Source: Chrysomallon squamiferum
Taxonomy: Eukaryota > Animalia > Mollusca
Reading direction: 5' to 3'
Length of the DNA: 64,000 bases
Assembly: GCA_012295275.1 (NCBI GenBank)
Contig: CM022672.1
Coordinates: forward strand, 34,782,001 to 34,846,000
The notes beneath the pieces were generated by a model that had not been told where the DNA came from, did not search any database, and saw only the letters and a list, made by a program, of their open reading frames with translations. A program made the translations under genes and the position numbers. Positions 27,903-42,307 of the stretch are shown piece by piece (the stretch's first letter is position 1; every line of letters starts with the position of its first letter).

Positions 27903-29309
27903 GAGTATTGGTTTTTATATACTAATAATCAGAATATGCAAATGACAAATTAAACTACTTGACATATTAATTACTAAAGTCTTTAGCCTTAAGATTTCAT
28001 CAAAACAAATATGTTTTATGATCAGCTGAAGTTTATAAAGAATCGGAAGATACTTCTGTAATATGATGAATGCTGGGTTTTTTTGTTGTTTTTTTTAAAT
28101 ACTTTTTTTGTTTAAAATAATTTTTAATATACGCAGAATAAATGTCTACGAATTCTCAGCATCTCGGATAAGGCTGATATGCGAATATGCATAAATATAT
28201 GTGTGTGTCTGTGTGTGTGTGTATATATATATATTTATATATGTTTGTGTGTGTGTGTGTGTGTGTGTGTTTGTGAATATATATATTTGTGGGTGTATGT
28301 GTGTGTGCGCGTTTGTGGGTGTGCTATCTGTTTATATAGACATACACAACGCACACTCAAACATACCCGTCCACATCATACCTTTAAGCACAAAAAACAA
28401 ATTTAAATTCTTAGAAAATATATTTAATGAAACAATGGTTCTGATAAATAATTAATATGAAGATTGATTAATTAAATCTAAAACAAGAGAAATAAACACA
28501 CATACTGATCCTGTCTGTAATAGAAATATTACTTTACTTCGAATCTTCTATCACTAAATGTATGTAATGTCGTATACTTGATGTCTGATAACTGTTTGAG
28601 CTAATCAATCATTTTATGGGAAATAATTCTGAAATTGGATTTGTTAAGACTATGACATCACTAATTATTATTTGCAAAGCAATACAGGTATAACAAATCA
28701 CTCTGAATTGCTTTTACTTAGTTCATAATAACATAACACTTACAGCTCATGTTTATCATAATAATTTACATCTTGTTGGTTTATTAATCTTTGACATAAA
28801 TTCATGAGTTCTTCTAACTGGTCTGTGTCAGCTATACGGCCGCGATGAACATAAACAAAGCAATAGTTTTAGTTTACTGTGTTTCGTTTGATTGAATCTT
28901 TACTAACTGGTTAGTGTCAATCTGTACAATGTACTCTCGATTAGGCTACTTGAATCATCATTCTGTGTCTCATATAAATTAGATTAATATCCACACTTAT
29001 GTGACTCTAACACTTACACTATTGTATACAGCGTTACATTATTATATGTGAATCATCATTTTGTTTCTCATATTAATAAAATTAGTTTCCATTCGTGTAT
29101 GAATGTAACGTTTAAACTGTTGTACGCAGCGCAAACTACTCGGTGAAACTTGTTCAGAAGTCTAGAAAATATGCTATACTAATCCTTGATTATGTTTATT
29201 TGCAACTTAAAATATTACAATTTTTTTCTCAGCCCAGCTTCAGTTGTTTATAACAGAGAAAATGAACAATATCTGAGTATTAAAGAATTGTCATGATGAT
29301 GTTAATATA

Positions 29310-29520
29310 TAAATAACTTACTGTTCTATCAAGACTGTGTTACTAAATATTCACAATGAATACATAAATAATTTACTGTTCTAACAAGACTGTGTTACTA
29401 AATATTCACAATGAATACATAAATAATTTACTGTTCTAAAGAGATTGTATTACTAAATATTCACAATGAATACATAAATAATTTACTGTTCTAACGAGAC
29501 TGTATTACTAAATATTGAAA
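29310..29520. repeat. ~55-bp minisatellite downstream of the gene E stop, ~4 copies
   Basis: Unit AAATAATTTACTGTTCTAACAAGACTGTGTTACTAAATATTCACAATGAATACAT. There is a single copy behind gene C (~15090-15140). Confidence 0.85.
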
Positions 29521-29776
29521 ATTAGCGATGTCAGACATTTAATAAAATATTTGTTTTCAGTGCCTCTGTTAAACTGGATAGTACACATCTAGAAACCTAA
29601 TCAGATTTATGTAATAAAATGATTTATGTTCTTCATGTTATTAACTGAATTTGTTCTCTTATAAATTATAGTGTACATTACTATAGTGCATCTGCTTTAC
29701 AAACATTACTAAGATAATTAATAAATAATTTTACCATCAACGAATAAATCTGAACGTGATCTATGTACGTATATAT

Positions 29777-29779
29777 CTA

Positions 29780-29822
<43 letters not shown>

Positions 29823-32800
29823 TTATATTTCTTTCTTATTTTCTCGTATAGAGATCCCTGTCCAACAACATCAATATTTAGTTTATCATAATCGTGTATT
29901 TCTTGAGTATTGAGTTCTTCTTGATGTGAAGTGTTTACATAACTTGTCTCCGCATCACCTGATGAAACTGTTTGAGTGTCATTGTGATTTGGTGGTGTGG
30001 TGATATTGACGTCTTCATCAAATACTTCATATAATGATGACGAAGTAGCTGCTGTCCTGGGATGACTGTTGTTGGTTTTGGCAAATGATACTGAATGTTC
30101 AGTAGATGATGGTCGTTTTCGTATGATCAGAGCCATTCTGAAAATGTATTTCTCTTAACATTATAAGTTAGTAAGAGCAAATTTCATATAATTAAAATAT
30201 AATACATAAATAATTAAGATCTCCTCAGTACTCGAAATTCAGACTTAGCTTAGCTCTGATATTGATTTTCAAAGAGTAAAAATTAAAGATATAGATTTTC
30301 AGTCGGTTTACACAGGTATGGTATACAGAAGTAAGTATAATAACAATAGTAAGTATTATAAGATACAAAATATTTCGGCTTAGTATTCTGTAAATACATT
30401 CTTTGATAAAGATATATAAGATGTGGATGATCATATTTCATTATACGAATTATATTTATTATCAAACAGAAGAAAAAACTGTAAACTTACTCCTTAAGTT
30501 CAAACTGAAATAAAATATTTTGGTATATTATAATTAGTTGTGTTATATGTGGTTGAAGAATCTATACCTAATAATAATAACAACGGATATTATGAGAAGC
30601 AAAGTCAGTACAGCTGTGACGACTGACAAAGTCGTTACAGTTGATGTTCCTGTACATTTTGCTTCTTGAGTTGAGCCTGAAAAGAAATTATTCTTAAAAC
30701 TAATAACCGTAAAGGATAGAAAAAAGACTGGGTGGAAATATTGAGAAAAGGATATTAAAGAAGAATATTCTAGAGTACATAAAAAATTGGCAGTATACAT
30801 ATTAATTTAAAAGTATTTCTTAAATCATTATATACATTTCGGTCAAAAGTTTTAGCACATATATTTTTATTTATAAGTAATCTACTGGTAACTATCTCAT
30901 AGTTTGCGTTCTATGTTGATTTGAAAAGTAATTAATTAAACAAACTTTTATACAACACAATGAAATGTTGTTTCAGAAACTACAAAAATGTCAAAAAGGT
31001 TTTCATACTAATTCCAGTTATAATTACAGTTTGTCATTGCAGTTATAATTACAGTTTGTCCCATATGTTTTATCACATTCTGAAAAATTAGAATACAAGA
31101 AGAAGACCAAATAAAGGTAATGCTTCATTATCTGTGCTGAAATATGTCAGACAGCATACTGAAATGGGTTTGTAAACATACACATGTTATATCTTCTTAA
31201 TTCAGTAATGCATTTATTTTGAAAACAAAATTATTATGGAACAAAATTTATTTTATAACCAGTGTATATCAATCACTTAAAACTATTATACATAAGCATA
31301 TTTTTCTTATTACACTTATAATTCCTAATCAACGCAATGCAAATAAATTAGACACCATATCCTTTTGAATTTGGATAAGATGGAATCAGTTTATATATTT
31401 TCTAGTTTTAATTTTGCATCTTGTCTCCTGTATTTTCTACGGTTATGTTCAAGAATCAGTCAATCGTTTCGTGGCAGTTTCATAAAAATGATCAAACTAT
31501 TCACTGGAAAAAAAAAGCAAAAACTAAAAAAAAAGTAAAATCAAATCAACATAAGCAAATAAATAAATAAATAAATAAATTAGTAGACAAATAATTAAAA
31601 CTTTATTGATATAACCATTTACCTGTACAATCAACACCTTTCCATCCAGTTTTACATCCTGTTTTGCATTTACCATCAGTGTGTTTACAATCTGACTGTC
31701 CGTCACAGCGTCTGTCTGTACAAGACTTTGAACAGTTGAATCCGTAAGTGCCCCGTGCACAAACTGTAATAAGAAACAACTTATTAGTTACTAATCTATG
31801 ACAGAATAAAATAATAGAATACAAAATAAGATATAACCTACAAAGGAACCTAACTGAATGAAAACATTTGACTAAATATTTAGTTTGTGTCTCTTACTTT
31901 GAGAACAGTCTGTGTTTCTCCAGCCTGGCTCACAACCTCCGACACATGTTCCAGTGTTTGAATCACACGTTGAGTTAACCAAACAGTGACGATCAGAACA
32001 TCGCTTTAAGCATCCAGAACCGTAAGTCAGTCCTTTACATTCTGAAATTTACTTTTAAATTTACATAAATAAAATACTAAAATATAAAAATATAGTTTTG
32101 AGAATGAAAGAAAAACGAGAAGAGAAGGATATAAACATTTTATTTATTTTTTCATTATTTACACTGAAACTATAAAAAGATTAACGTTGAGAGCAACATT
32201 TGTAAAACATTTTCTTTTTTAGGATTTGTGGATATTTCTTTTGTTTTGTGTTTTGTTAATTAACGTTATCAATTATTTATCTTTTTCTACGGCTAATCAA
32301 TAAATAATTCAGAAAAGACTGATCAAGAAAAAACTATTTTATACACACCTTGAGTACAATCAGTTCCACTCCAACCAGCTTGACATCCTCCAGTACAAGA
32401 CCCAGTCTGTGTGTCACAGGGAGAGGAAACAGCACAGTGTCGTTTATTACATGACTTGTCACAGTTAGAACCATACACACCAGTCTGACATACTGAAACA
32501 TATTTACACTGTCTTTAAAACAGTGACCTGTCACAGTTAGAACCATACACACCAGTCTGACATACTGAAAAATATTTACACTCTCTTTAAAACAGTGACT
32601 TGTCACAGTTAGAACCATACACACCAGTCTGACAGACTGAAAAATATTTACACACTCTTTAAAACAGTCACTTGTCACAGTTAGAACCATACACACCAGT
32701 CTGACACACTGAAAAATATTTACACTCTCTTTAAAACAGTGACTTGTCAGAGTTAGAACCATACACACCAGTCTGACACACTACAAAATATTTACACTCT

Positions 32801-34013
32801 CTTTAAAACAGTGACTTGTCGCAGTTAGAACCATACACACCAGTCTGACATACTGAAAAATATTTACACTCTCTTTAAAACAGTGACTTGTCACAGTTAG
32901 AACCATACACACCAGTCTGACATACTGAAAAGTATTTACACTCTCTTTAAAACAGTTACTTGTCACAGTTAGAACCATACACACCAGTCTGACATACTGA
33001 AAAATATTTACACTCTCTTTAAAACAGTTACTTGTCACAGTTAGAACCATACACACCAGTCTGACATACTGAAAAATATTTACACTCTGTTTAAAACAGT
33101 GACTTGTCACAGTTAGAACCATACACACCAGTCTGACATACTGAAAAGTATTTACACTCTCTTTAAAACAGTGACTTGTCACAGTTAGAACCATGCACAC
33201 CAGTCTGACACTGAAAAATATTTACACTCTCTTTAAAACAATGACATTGGAAAATATGAAGAAAATATGTGAATAATATTTTTGAAACTGTAAAACTGGT
33301 TGATCAATCATAACGTTTATTTTCTTACTTATGTAATACGTATTTGTTCTTTATCCATATGCGTAATACGAAACAATATTATTAAGATGTGATTTAATTT
33401 CCTCCTTCATTTGAATGTTAATTTGTTGATAATAAGAACAGTGACGATCTCTACACAGTGTGTTACAGTTAGTACCATAAGTTGTACCTGATTGACACAC
33501 TGAAAGCATCGAAGAAATCGAATAAATAAAACAATTCATTTGGCTTTAGTCAGAAATGTATTTGTGTAGTCATTTATTTTGTAAATTAGATTAATTCAAA
33601 TAACTAGAAACAATAGACTAATAAAAAATAAAAGGCTTTGTATCGCACGACTGTACTTGATTTTATTGATTTATATTACCTTTAAAAACATTAAGAAAAA
33701 TATCAGTAAAACAAAGAAAACAACAACAACAAAAAGAGAAGTGTTTAAAATAACTGTGACATTGCAGAGAATGTTATTTACATGTCGCATAAAATTAAAT
33801 ATAACTTTAGATAAAATAGTATCGTGTTTACTCTGGACATGAATTGTTCTAACTTGAATCATATCACAGCTTTTGAACTGACATGTAATAAAAATAATAA
33901 AAGTAACAATAAAAAATGAGATAGAATTTTCCAACCATCAACTGACCGACTGAACAACACTCCAAATAAAGTACAGAATAACAACAAAAATAACAAGATA
34001 TATTTAATATATA

Positions 34014-34086
<73 letters not shown>

Positions 34087-34723
34087 GTGTGATTCGTTGC
34101 TCTTACAAAAGTTCTGTTGAAACATAATAAAACATAAAAATACATACATGTAAATTAACTTTCATAAATCTATCAATCAAAAACATAAAATAGAGATTGA
34201 ATCTGTTCTGACATTTTCATCATAACAAACTCACTGTTTATGTCTCTCTCCTCGCTCACTTTAACAGAGGAAAGAAAAGCTGACCGTTCTAATTACAGTT
34301 ACATAGACAAATTAAAACTGTTTTATTGTTAATATATTTCTCGTTTGTTCTATGTTTAATTACCTGTACAATCTATTCCATCCCAGCCTGGTTGGCAGTG
34401 TCCACTACATGATCCAGTGTCTGTAGGGCAGCTTTGTTGAGAATTCAAACAGTGACGATCTCTACACAGTTTGTTACAGTTAGGACCATAAGTTATACCT
34501 GACTGACACATAACTAAAACATAAATAAAATAAACAAGTAATTCATTTGTTAGTTCTAATTATATCCCTTCCTTCATCTCCGTTTGGCACGCATTGTAAA
34601 TAATAGAAGAAAATAAACGTATTTTTTAAAACAGTTACATTCAGAATAGTTCTTTAATGTTAAATACTAATCAGCCCTTACCCTCAAATTAAAAACAGTA
34701 ACAACAACAAAAACAACAAGCAT

Positions 34724-34804
<81 letters not shown>

Positions 34805-35654
34805 TTCGAAAATACCCAAACGGTCTAATAATAACTTTTCAAAACACAAAGTAAACTCCTCAACGTCCAGTTACTAACTGCTGCAGTGTAAAGTTGAGCC
34901 GAATCTACGAGTTAAGTACCTGGATTCCCAGTTAAGAAAGATATTTCGGTTAATTTTCCGAGAAAGATCTGCTTGATAACATATTAATCATCTGCGTCCA
35001 GTTTTCTCGAAAATCACTTACAAATTACTGTTTAATGTCGTGATGTCAGTTCGTTCTGTTACTTAATTTTTCAGTGAAAGGAGATGCAAGTTAACTGTTA
35101 GGAGACGTTGAACAGTCAGTGTTAGTTTCCACACATCACGGATTTTCTCTGACCGAGCACAGTTGACTTTTTGCTTACTTGAACCAACACTTCTCCTTCT
35201 ACCACTGTGTCCTTTGTTCAAACTGCAACAGTTACAACAGTGCAAAACTTAACAACAGTTCAGTTATTTGTTGTTTCTTTATTTGGACCTGCACAGTTCA
35301 ATTAACCCAACGCGCTGTAGTCGTTGTGTAAAAACATTTACAAGGAAGAAAAATCTTTCTATAAATTCTCACTCTGTAGTTATGATTTAGTTACCTGTAC
35401 AGTCAACTCCACTCCATCCAGCCTGACATCCTCCATTACAAGAACCTGTGTCAGCGGGACACGAATCAGACTGACAATGACGACTTTTACACAGTTTGTT
35501 ACACTGAGAACCGTAAAATCCTGTTTGACACACTGAAAAATGTAAACATTTAAAAATTTAAATATCAGAATGATTATATACACGTGGAAGTGAAAAAAGA
35601 AAATAAATAAACAAAACAAAACAATGTAACAATAACAATAATAATAATAATAAC

Positions 35655-35718
<64 letters not shown>

Positions 35719-36683
35719 GGCAAAATAAACATATATATTCATAAAAGTGTTTTAAGGTTGAGGGATTAGTATCAAGAATATTTTTTATAACTGTGTTTGT
35801 GAAACTGTCTTCCAATTTGTGACTCATCCCATTTAAAAGCACACCTTATTCACCTTCTACCTAGCATGCAATAATCACCTCTTCTTCCCAGTTGTTACAC
35901 AGTCAACTTAGTGAATATTTAAGCAAATCTCTACTAACAATTAAGAAACATGAAAAGAAAAAGATATTCGCATCCATTTAGTCCGAAGTCAGTCATACAA
36001 GACAAGAATAATGTGAATTACAATATCACATTTAGCATATATGAATAATTAATAGAGCATTTTTATTACAGTCTTGCATCACATATTATTTTACAGTTTT
36101 ACATTAAATATCAGAATATAAATGTATTCAGCCAAGTTCAGACGGTTAAATGATTATTTTTCCTTGTTTTGTTTTTCGGTTGTATTATTGATATGTAACA
36201 GTTTATGTTTTAAATTTCTACTAAGCTTATGCAACTAATGTGAAATATCAATTATGTGTTGAATTACCATAAACTTCCACTTCTACAAAGTCCAGTGCTG
36301 TCGATTTTCCATTATCTGTTTCTTGATAAACAGTCACATATCTAGCGTTGACGTTACAATTGATGTTCACAATATCAGGAATATCAGTTCCATCTTTTCT
36401 ACCAGTAACAGTACCACACAGATGTCCTGTGTTAGACTGTCTCGCTGCTATGTTAGCATAAACCTGTACACCATTTCTTCTCCATTTAACTAAATTAAAT
36501 ACAATTCAGTGTTACAGTGTACATACACACAATACGAGAACTAGGACTACCATCACACCAAGCAATGAAATACAATTCTATTCATACTTTTATTAATAAA
36601 TTCAAATAATATTAGTAAAAGAAAAAAATAAAAGAAAAATACAGCATTCAAGGATGTCCATAGAAAACAAAGAAAGATAAAGG

Positions 36684-36724
<41 letters not shown>

Positions 36725-38517
36725 AATACCCCTAAAATAATAAAATGTGATTACTACAACTGATATATTCCGTCTACAATGAAACTGTGGAAACATAATC
36801 TTAAGGTACTATTTTCAGCTAAAATACGGATTCGTGGATTTTGTAAAAAAAAAAAAAACGACATTGAGACCAATAAATCAATAACGCTGTCATGGAAACA
36901 TTATAAACATAAACTTTAGCAAATTTAGTAATAGGAAAAATGCAGAAATAATTATACAACAACAACAACGACGGCAAAAAAAAGGAAACAGCATCAAACA
37001 CTGATGTCCATCTCTGTCACTTACAAGTTAAAATTAACTGACAAAAATAATTGTTATAATTAATGTTACATATTCTACTTGATACTTACAGTCATTTCTG
37101 AAATATATTTTAACTTCATGAATAAAGTAAGGTTTTTCTAAATCTACTTCCCACCACGTGTAAGGCTGGTTTGTAGCTGTGCTTATAATTCTATGCCAGT
37201 CTCCACTGGTTTGTCCATCAACGCCTCTTGAAGCAGAATTTTCATAACCCAACTCATAAGAATTTTGATACACATTTTTATTCCGAGCTACGTTTACTGA
37301 AAAGTAACACATATATAAATGAATGAACGAATAATAAAAAAATAAATACAAATAATATTAATACATATAATGAATTATAACAGAATTACACAGCACAGTA
37401 ACGAAACAAGATGTTTAACTATCTTTCACATACTACTATACAGTTCTATACAGATAGCTGTATAACAGTAATAGACAGCACAGTAACTTAACAAGATGTT
37501 TGTTTGGCTATCTTTCACACATCACCTTCTTTAATTGACTAATAAGTTTTACATTCGTATTGTTAAACATTCTTTAATTGACTAATTAGTTTTACATATG
37601 TATTGTTAAACATTCTTTAAATGATTAATTAGTTTTACACACGTATTGTTAAACATTCTTTAAATGATTAATTAGTTTTACATATGTATTGTTAAACATT
37701 CTTTAATTGACTTATTAGTTTCACATACGTATTGTTAAACATTCTTTAATTCTCTAATTAGTTTCACATACGTATTGGTAAAGGTTCTTTAAATGATTAA
37801 TTAGTTTTACATACGTATTGTTAAACATTCTTTAATTGACTAATTAGTTTCACATACGTATTGGTAAACATTCTTTAATTGACTAATTAGTTTCACATAC
37901 GTATTGTTAAACATTCTTTAAATGATTAATTAGTTTTACATACGTATTGTTAAACATTCTTTAATTGACTAATTAGTTTCACATACGTATTGGTAAACAT
38001 TATTTAAATGATTAATTAGTTTCACATACGTATTGGTAAACATTATTTAAATGATTAATTAGTTTTACATACGTATTGTTAAACATTCTTTTAGTCTCTC
38101 TTTTCTAGCGTGTCTCCCACTTAGATATTCGACTTCCTAACTTAAGAAAGAACAAAACGAAATGTAAGGTATGCTGTTTGGTACAGCTGATGTCTCACTC
38201 GGAATAATGAGAAATTGAGCAAACGATAGTCCTGATTCTAAAATCAAATAAGAAGCTAAAAAAACAAAACCTCAATACTGCAGCCAATTCGCTTTAGACT
38301 AATAATGAACAAGGAAATATAATTACAAAAACTTGTTCCACCTTGTGAACTTAGCGCTTTGTTTAACATCTATGACACAGATCAAAAGAGGATAGACTGG
38401 TATGTGTTTTAGTCAAAGTGTTTTAACATCTGTGACAGAGATTAAAAGACGTTAGAGTGATGTGTGTTTTAATAGAAGTGTTTTTGTATATGTATGTTTA
38501 TGCATTTTGTTTTTAAC

Positions 38518-38612
<95 letters not shown>

Positions 38613-39190
38613 TCACATTAGTTTTGAAGACGGTTTAGAGACATGACAAAGAGCTTTTAAATTAGAATTTGTTTTCTGAGAAATTACATGAGAAGAAAAT
38701 ATAGGAGCGGTTTTGTTAATAAAGTATATGTCTATAATATCAATGTGTCTTTTACTTCTGTGTTCTGAAAGTTGTTCTTAATAGTATTATTAGTAGTAAA
38801 CAAACTATAATAATTATTGTAATTTTTGTTTAAACAAGTATAATTATTGTTATTATTTCTGCCAGTGTCAGTTCTGATGGAATTATTAGTGGCTAATGTT
38901 TCTTAAATATCGTAATAACAACAGTCAGTCATATAAATTAAAATGGTGTCTTTACTAGATTTAATAAAAAAATTAAAGAACGTATATTACTATGTGTACT
39001 AGCTATAATAAAGATGTAAAAAACTCACAACTTGTACAGGAATATTCAATTCAGATGTTTATTTTCCGGCACTCAATGTAAGTATTTGTTAGCAAAGTAT
39101 ACTTTTGTCGTGAAGGAAAATAACTTTAATGATAGTTGTATATTAGTGTGCTGTCCTAGAAAGTAACGCAATAAACATGTATATATATAT

Positions 39191-39277
<87 letters not shown>

Positions 39278-39750
39278 AGGCAGACAGACAGATAGATACA
39301 TATACTACAGAGTGTGTTTATTATGTTTGTTTCATCCTTAATATAAGCAATAAAATTAATTCAGTTAGTTAAATTGCGAAAATATATTCTTAAACTTTTG
39401 TTTTTTATATACTCAACTTTTCTGAAATATATATTCATATTTAAAGAAACGTAACGTTCATGGTTCACAGTGTATATAATTGTCTGAATTGTCATTACTA
39501 TCAGCAGCTGCAACAACAACAACGAAAACGGTAACAGTAATAACAGAGGAAGAAAAATAAATCTTCTTGGCAACCTTGTTAAAATGTTTATCATTATCAT
39601 TATAAATTAAAAGGAATAATTCTTCGTATATCCTCTAAATGTTTCACAAATACAAATATTTTCTAACTTACCATATCCGGCTGTTGTCTTTCCTGACTGC
39701 AAAATCAAACAACAAACTAGAAACTGAAGACTTATCCAGCACCCAGCCAT
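29777..39750 (-). CDS. Gene E (complete, ~564 aa): SP + F-type lectin-like + 5 intact EGF exons + TM + tyrosine-motif tail
   Basis: SP 39750-39672. Lectin 37296-37090, 36489-36268. EGF 35532-35395, 34513-34364, 32492-32349, 32041-31898, 31763-31623. TM 30676-30568. Tail 30137-29777 (SLYEVF, SYVNT, DYDKLNIDVVGQGSLYEKI). The model requires skipping two truncated pseudoexons. Confidence 0.86.
31024..31079 (-). pseudogene. 5' half of the ECDKTYG EGF exon, truncated
   Basis: Intact acceptor, then ECDKTYGTNCNYNCNDKL*. The sequence then jumps to pre-TM intron sequence matching F at ~46990. Confidence 0.85.
32452..33242 (-). repeat. 72-bp splice-acceptor minisatellite, 11 acceptors (gene E)
   Basis: Acceptor AGs recur every 72 bp from 32493 to ~33211. 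This explains the 24-aa-periodic ORFs in the track. Confidence 0.95.
33421..33499 (-). pseudogene. 5' half of a CQSGTTYG EGF exon, truncated
   Basis: Acceptor followed by VCQSGTTYGTNCNTLCRDRHCSYYQQ, fused to intron sequence. The last four cysteines and the donor are missing. Confidence 0.82.
37530..38090. repeat. 43-bp minisatellite, ~13 copies, intron 1 of gene E
   Basis: Unit TTAATTGACTAATTAGTTTCACATACGTATTGTTAAACATTCT. The paralogous positions in B (~10025) and C (~23402) have one diverged copy. Confidence 0.92.
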
Positions 39751-41289
39751 AGTGAAAATGTTTCGTAGAGAAACAAACCAGGAAGTAAAACTGCGAGCTG
39801 ACACAAGACTCGTTTTTATGACTCACTAGTGAGAAAAGGCACTCTTATACATTCTGATACAAAGTTCACAGCAAACATGATTTGAATAATGGAGAGTAGT
39901 TCTGTTAAATTAAAAATAATGAGGTTATATATGGATCCTGTAAAACAGGTCTTACACGTACTGAAATTAGATCAGAGCAGACAGAAAACCTTTCATACTC
40001 AATCTCTTGTCATAATACCCCTGTTTTGTCTACTGAATATAAAACATATATATGTGTGTGTACGTATAGATGAATTTATGTATGTAACTGTGTGTGTGTG
40101 TATAAATAAATGAATACTGCTGATTCTTTTGAAAGTAAAGAACTATCGGATCTAAAAATGAATGAAACCGCTTAAGTACTGTCAGGATAAAATAAATAAA
40201 CAATTCAAAATAAACGAATGAGTAAATAATTAGTTAATGCTCAATAATATCTCATGTTTAATTAATATGCATGACTGTGTAATAGAAAGTTATTTGTACA
40301 ATGATTGTAAGCGCCCCATTTCTTGTTTATTTATTTATTTTGTTTTCTTAATTCACTTAATACAGTATTTACAGAGATACATAATGTGAAATCGTTTAAT
40401 TTATGAGGATTGTTTGACCTCGAGCGATTGACGCAAACTATTACTATGCTGTCACTGATCATGCGATAAAATAAATAATAATAATGAAAATTGTAGTATT
40501 TAGTGTAATATAAAAGTGAGTTGATAAAAAGGAAGCGTAGAAAAAACCTTGTATATTACCTTGTTGTCGTGGTAGTTGTTCTTTTTTCTTTTGTAATTAG
40601 TATTGTTATTTTTATTGTTATTATTATTATTATTATTATTATATCTCTTGAAATAAGCTTTTGGTGACTTAAGGCTGACATTCTTTTTTAAGGTTAACAA
40701 TGTACAAAATACCGAAACACGAAAAGTGGATTTTTGAAAACTGTAATGTGATATTTTTTACATTATCATAGATATCTTCAAAAAGGTTTTACTCCATTTA
40801 AATGTATTTTTATTTTATTTTTTATTATTTATTTTTTTTCATAACTTTTATAATAATAATAATAATAATAATAATATACACATATATAACAGAAAGCTGA
40901 AAAATTCAAGAGAAAACTTTGAAGATGTTGTAACTTTCGCTCTGTTGAGCTTTACTGGATTTAATACAGAAACAGAAAAAACTGTATAACGTCATTTTTG
41001 TTGTGCATCTAAATTATCAGGTATGTTTTACATGTTACCATCCCAGAATCATTTTATAAAAATAATACTAGATGAATATGTGTTAGTAATATATATTATA
41101 AAATATAGCATAAATAAATGGGAGTATTAATGAAAGAGAAAAATGGATTCTGTGATTTTTGTAATTCTAACGATCATGAGTTTCAGACTATTTTCAACTG
41201 TAAATCTTTATCTTCTGAGGTGAATGAAAATATTTATAAATCCTTTCATAGAGACAGAGAAATATATAAATATATTTATATGAACACAC

Positions 41290-41590
41290 TGACACACACA
41301 CACAGACAGACACACACATACACACACAAACATACACAGCCACAAACATACTCACCCTGATACACACACACAAACACACACACACAACCACATCTCACAC
41401 ACTCAGACACACAGACACAGTCACACAAAACACACACATCCACAAATATACTCACACACAAACACACACACACAAATACAGACACAAACACACACAAATA
41501 CAAAGACAAACAGAAACACACACAAATACACACACAAACACACTCAAATACACACAAATTCACACACACTCAGAGTCAGATACACACACT
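41290..41590. repeat. Degenerate (CA)n-rich low-complexity tract
   Basis: Interrupted CA repeats. Confidence 0.85.
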
Positions 41591-41798
41591 ATATTAAATT
41601 CCTGGAACTTAAGATAAATATTGCATCGTGCGCAGAAGTCATCAGTTGATTTCATCAATTTCTCAATGATCACTCTTTATATGTGACATCAACGTGGTTG
41701 TTTGGATTGAGATCAGTTAGGATCCTCTGACAGTGTCATCATTACACCTGTGACGTCTACGCGTTGTACACGCTGCTGTTTACTTTGCTCTGTGAGCT

Positions 41799-41998
41799 NN
41801 NNNNNNNNNNNNNNNNNNNNNNNNNNNNNNNNNNNNNNNNNNNNNNNNNNNNNNNNNNNNNNNNNNNNNNNNNNNNNNNNNNNNNNNNNNNNNNNNNNNN
41901 NNNNNNNNNNNNNNNNNNNNNNNNNNNNNNNNNNNNNNNNNNNNNNNNNNNNNNNNNNNNNNNNNNNNNNNNNNNNNNNNNNNNNNNNNNNNNNNNNN
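41799..41998. other. Assembly gap (200 N)
   Basis: Run of exactly 200 N. Confidence 0.99.
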
Positions 41999-42307
41999 AA
42001 ATACAATAAAATATAAGGCTGACTTTGCTAATAATTAATATGAAAACGCATTTTACTATAATTATTGATACTCTCATTTTTCTTCCCTGTAACCGTTTGC
42101 CAGATACAATATTCCATTTGTTACTGTAGAACTTGAAACGAAAACATTATTATTGATAAAAAAGATGAATTATTTTTAATCTAACACATTAGTCAATAAT
42201 TGTTTAATTCGACACCAGTTTGTTAGTGTAATTATGAATTTTCAGTACGAAACATTTCTTCTGAATTTAATGAAAAAATGACAGTTAATAACTTTTGTAC
42301 ATTTCAG

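Noticed and set aside
32334-33200. 139-aa and 144-aa ORFs with a 24-aa repeat (CMVLTVTSHCFKESVNIFQYVRLV); similar ORFs at 937-1233 and 55772-56365
   Set aside because: They are a wrong-frame reading of the 72-bp VNTR and EGF exon d. Phase-1 splicing into these acceptors does not enter this frame.
32452-33242. Regularly spaced repeats resembling a CRISPR array
   Set aside because: The units are contiguous with no unique spacers, there are no cas genes, and the context is a eukaryotic intron.
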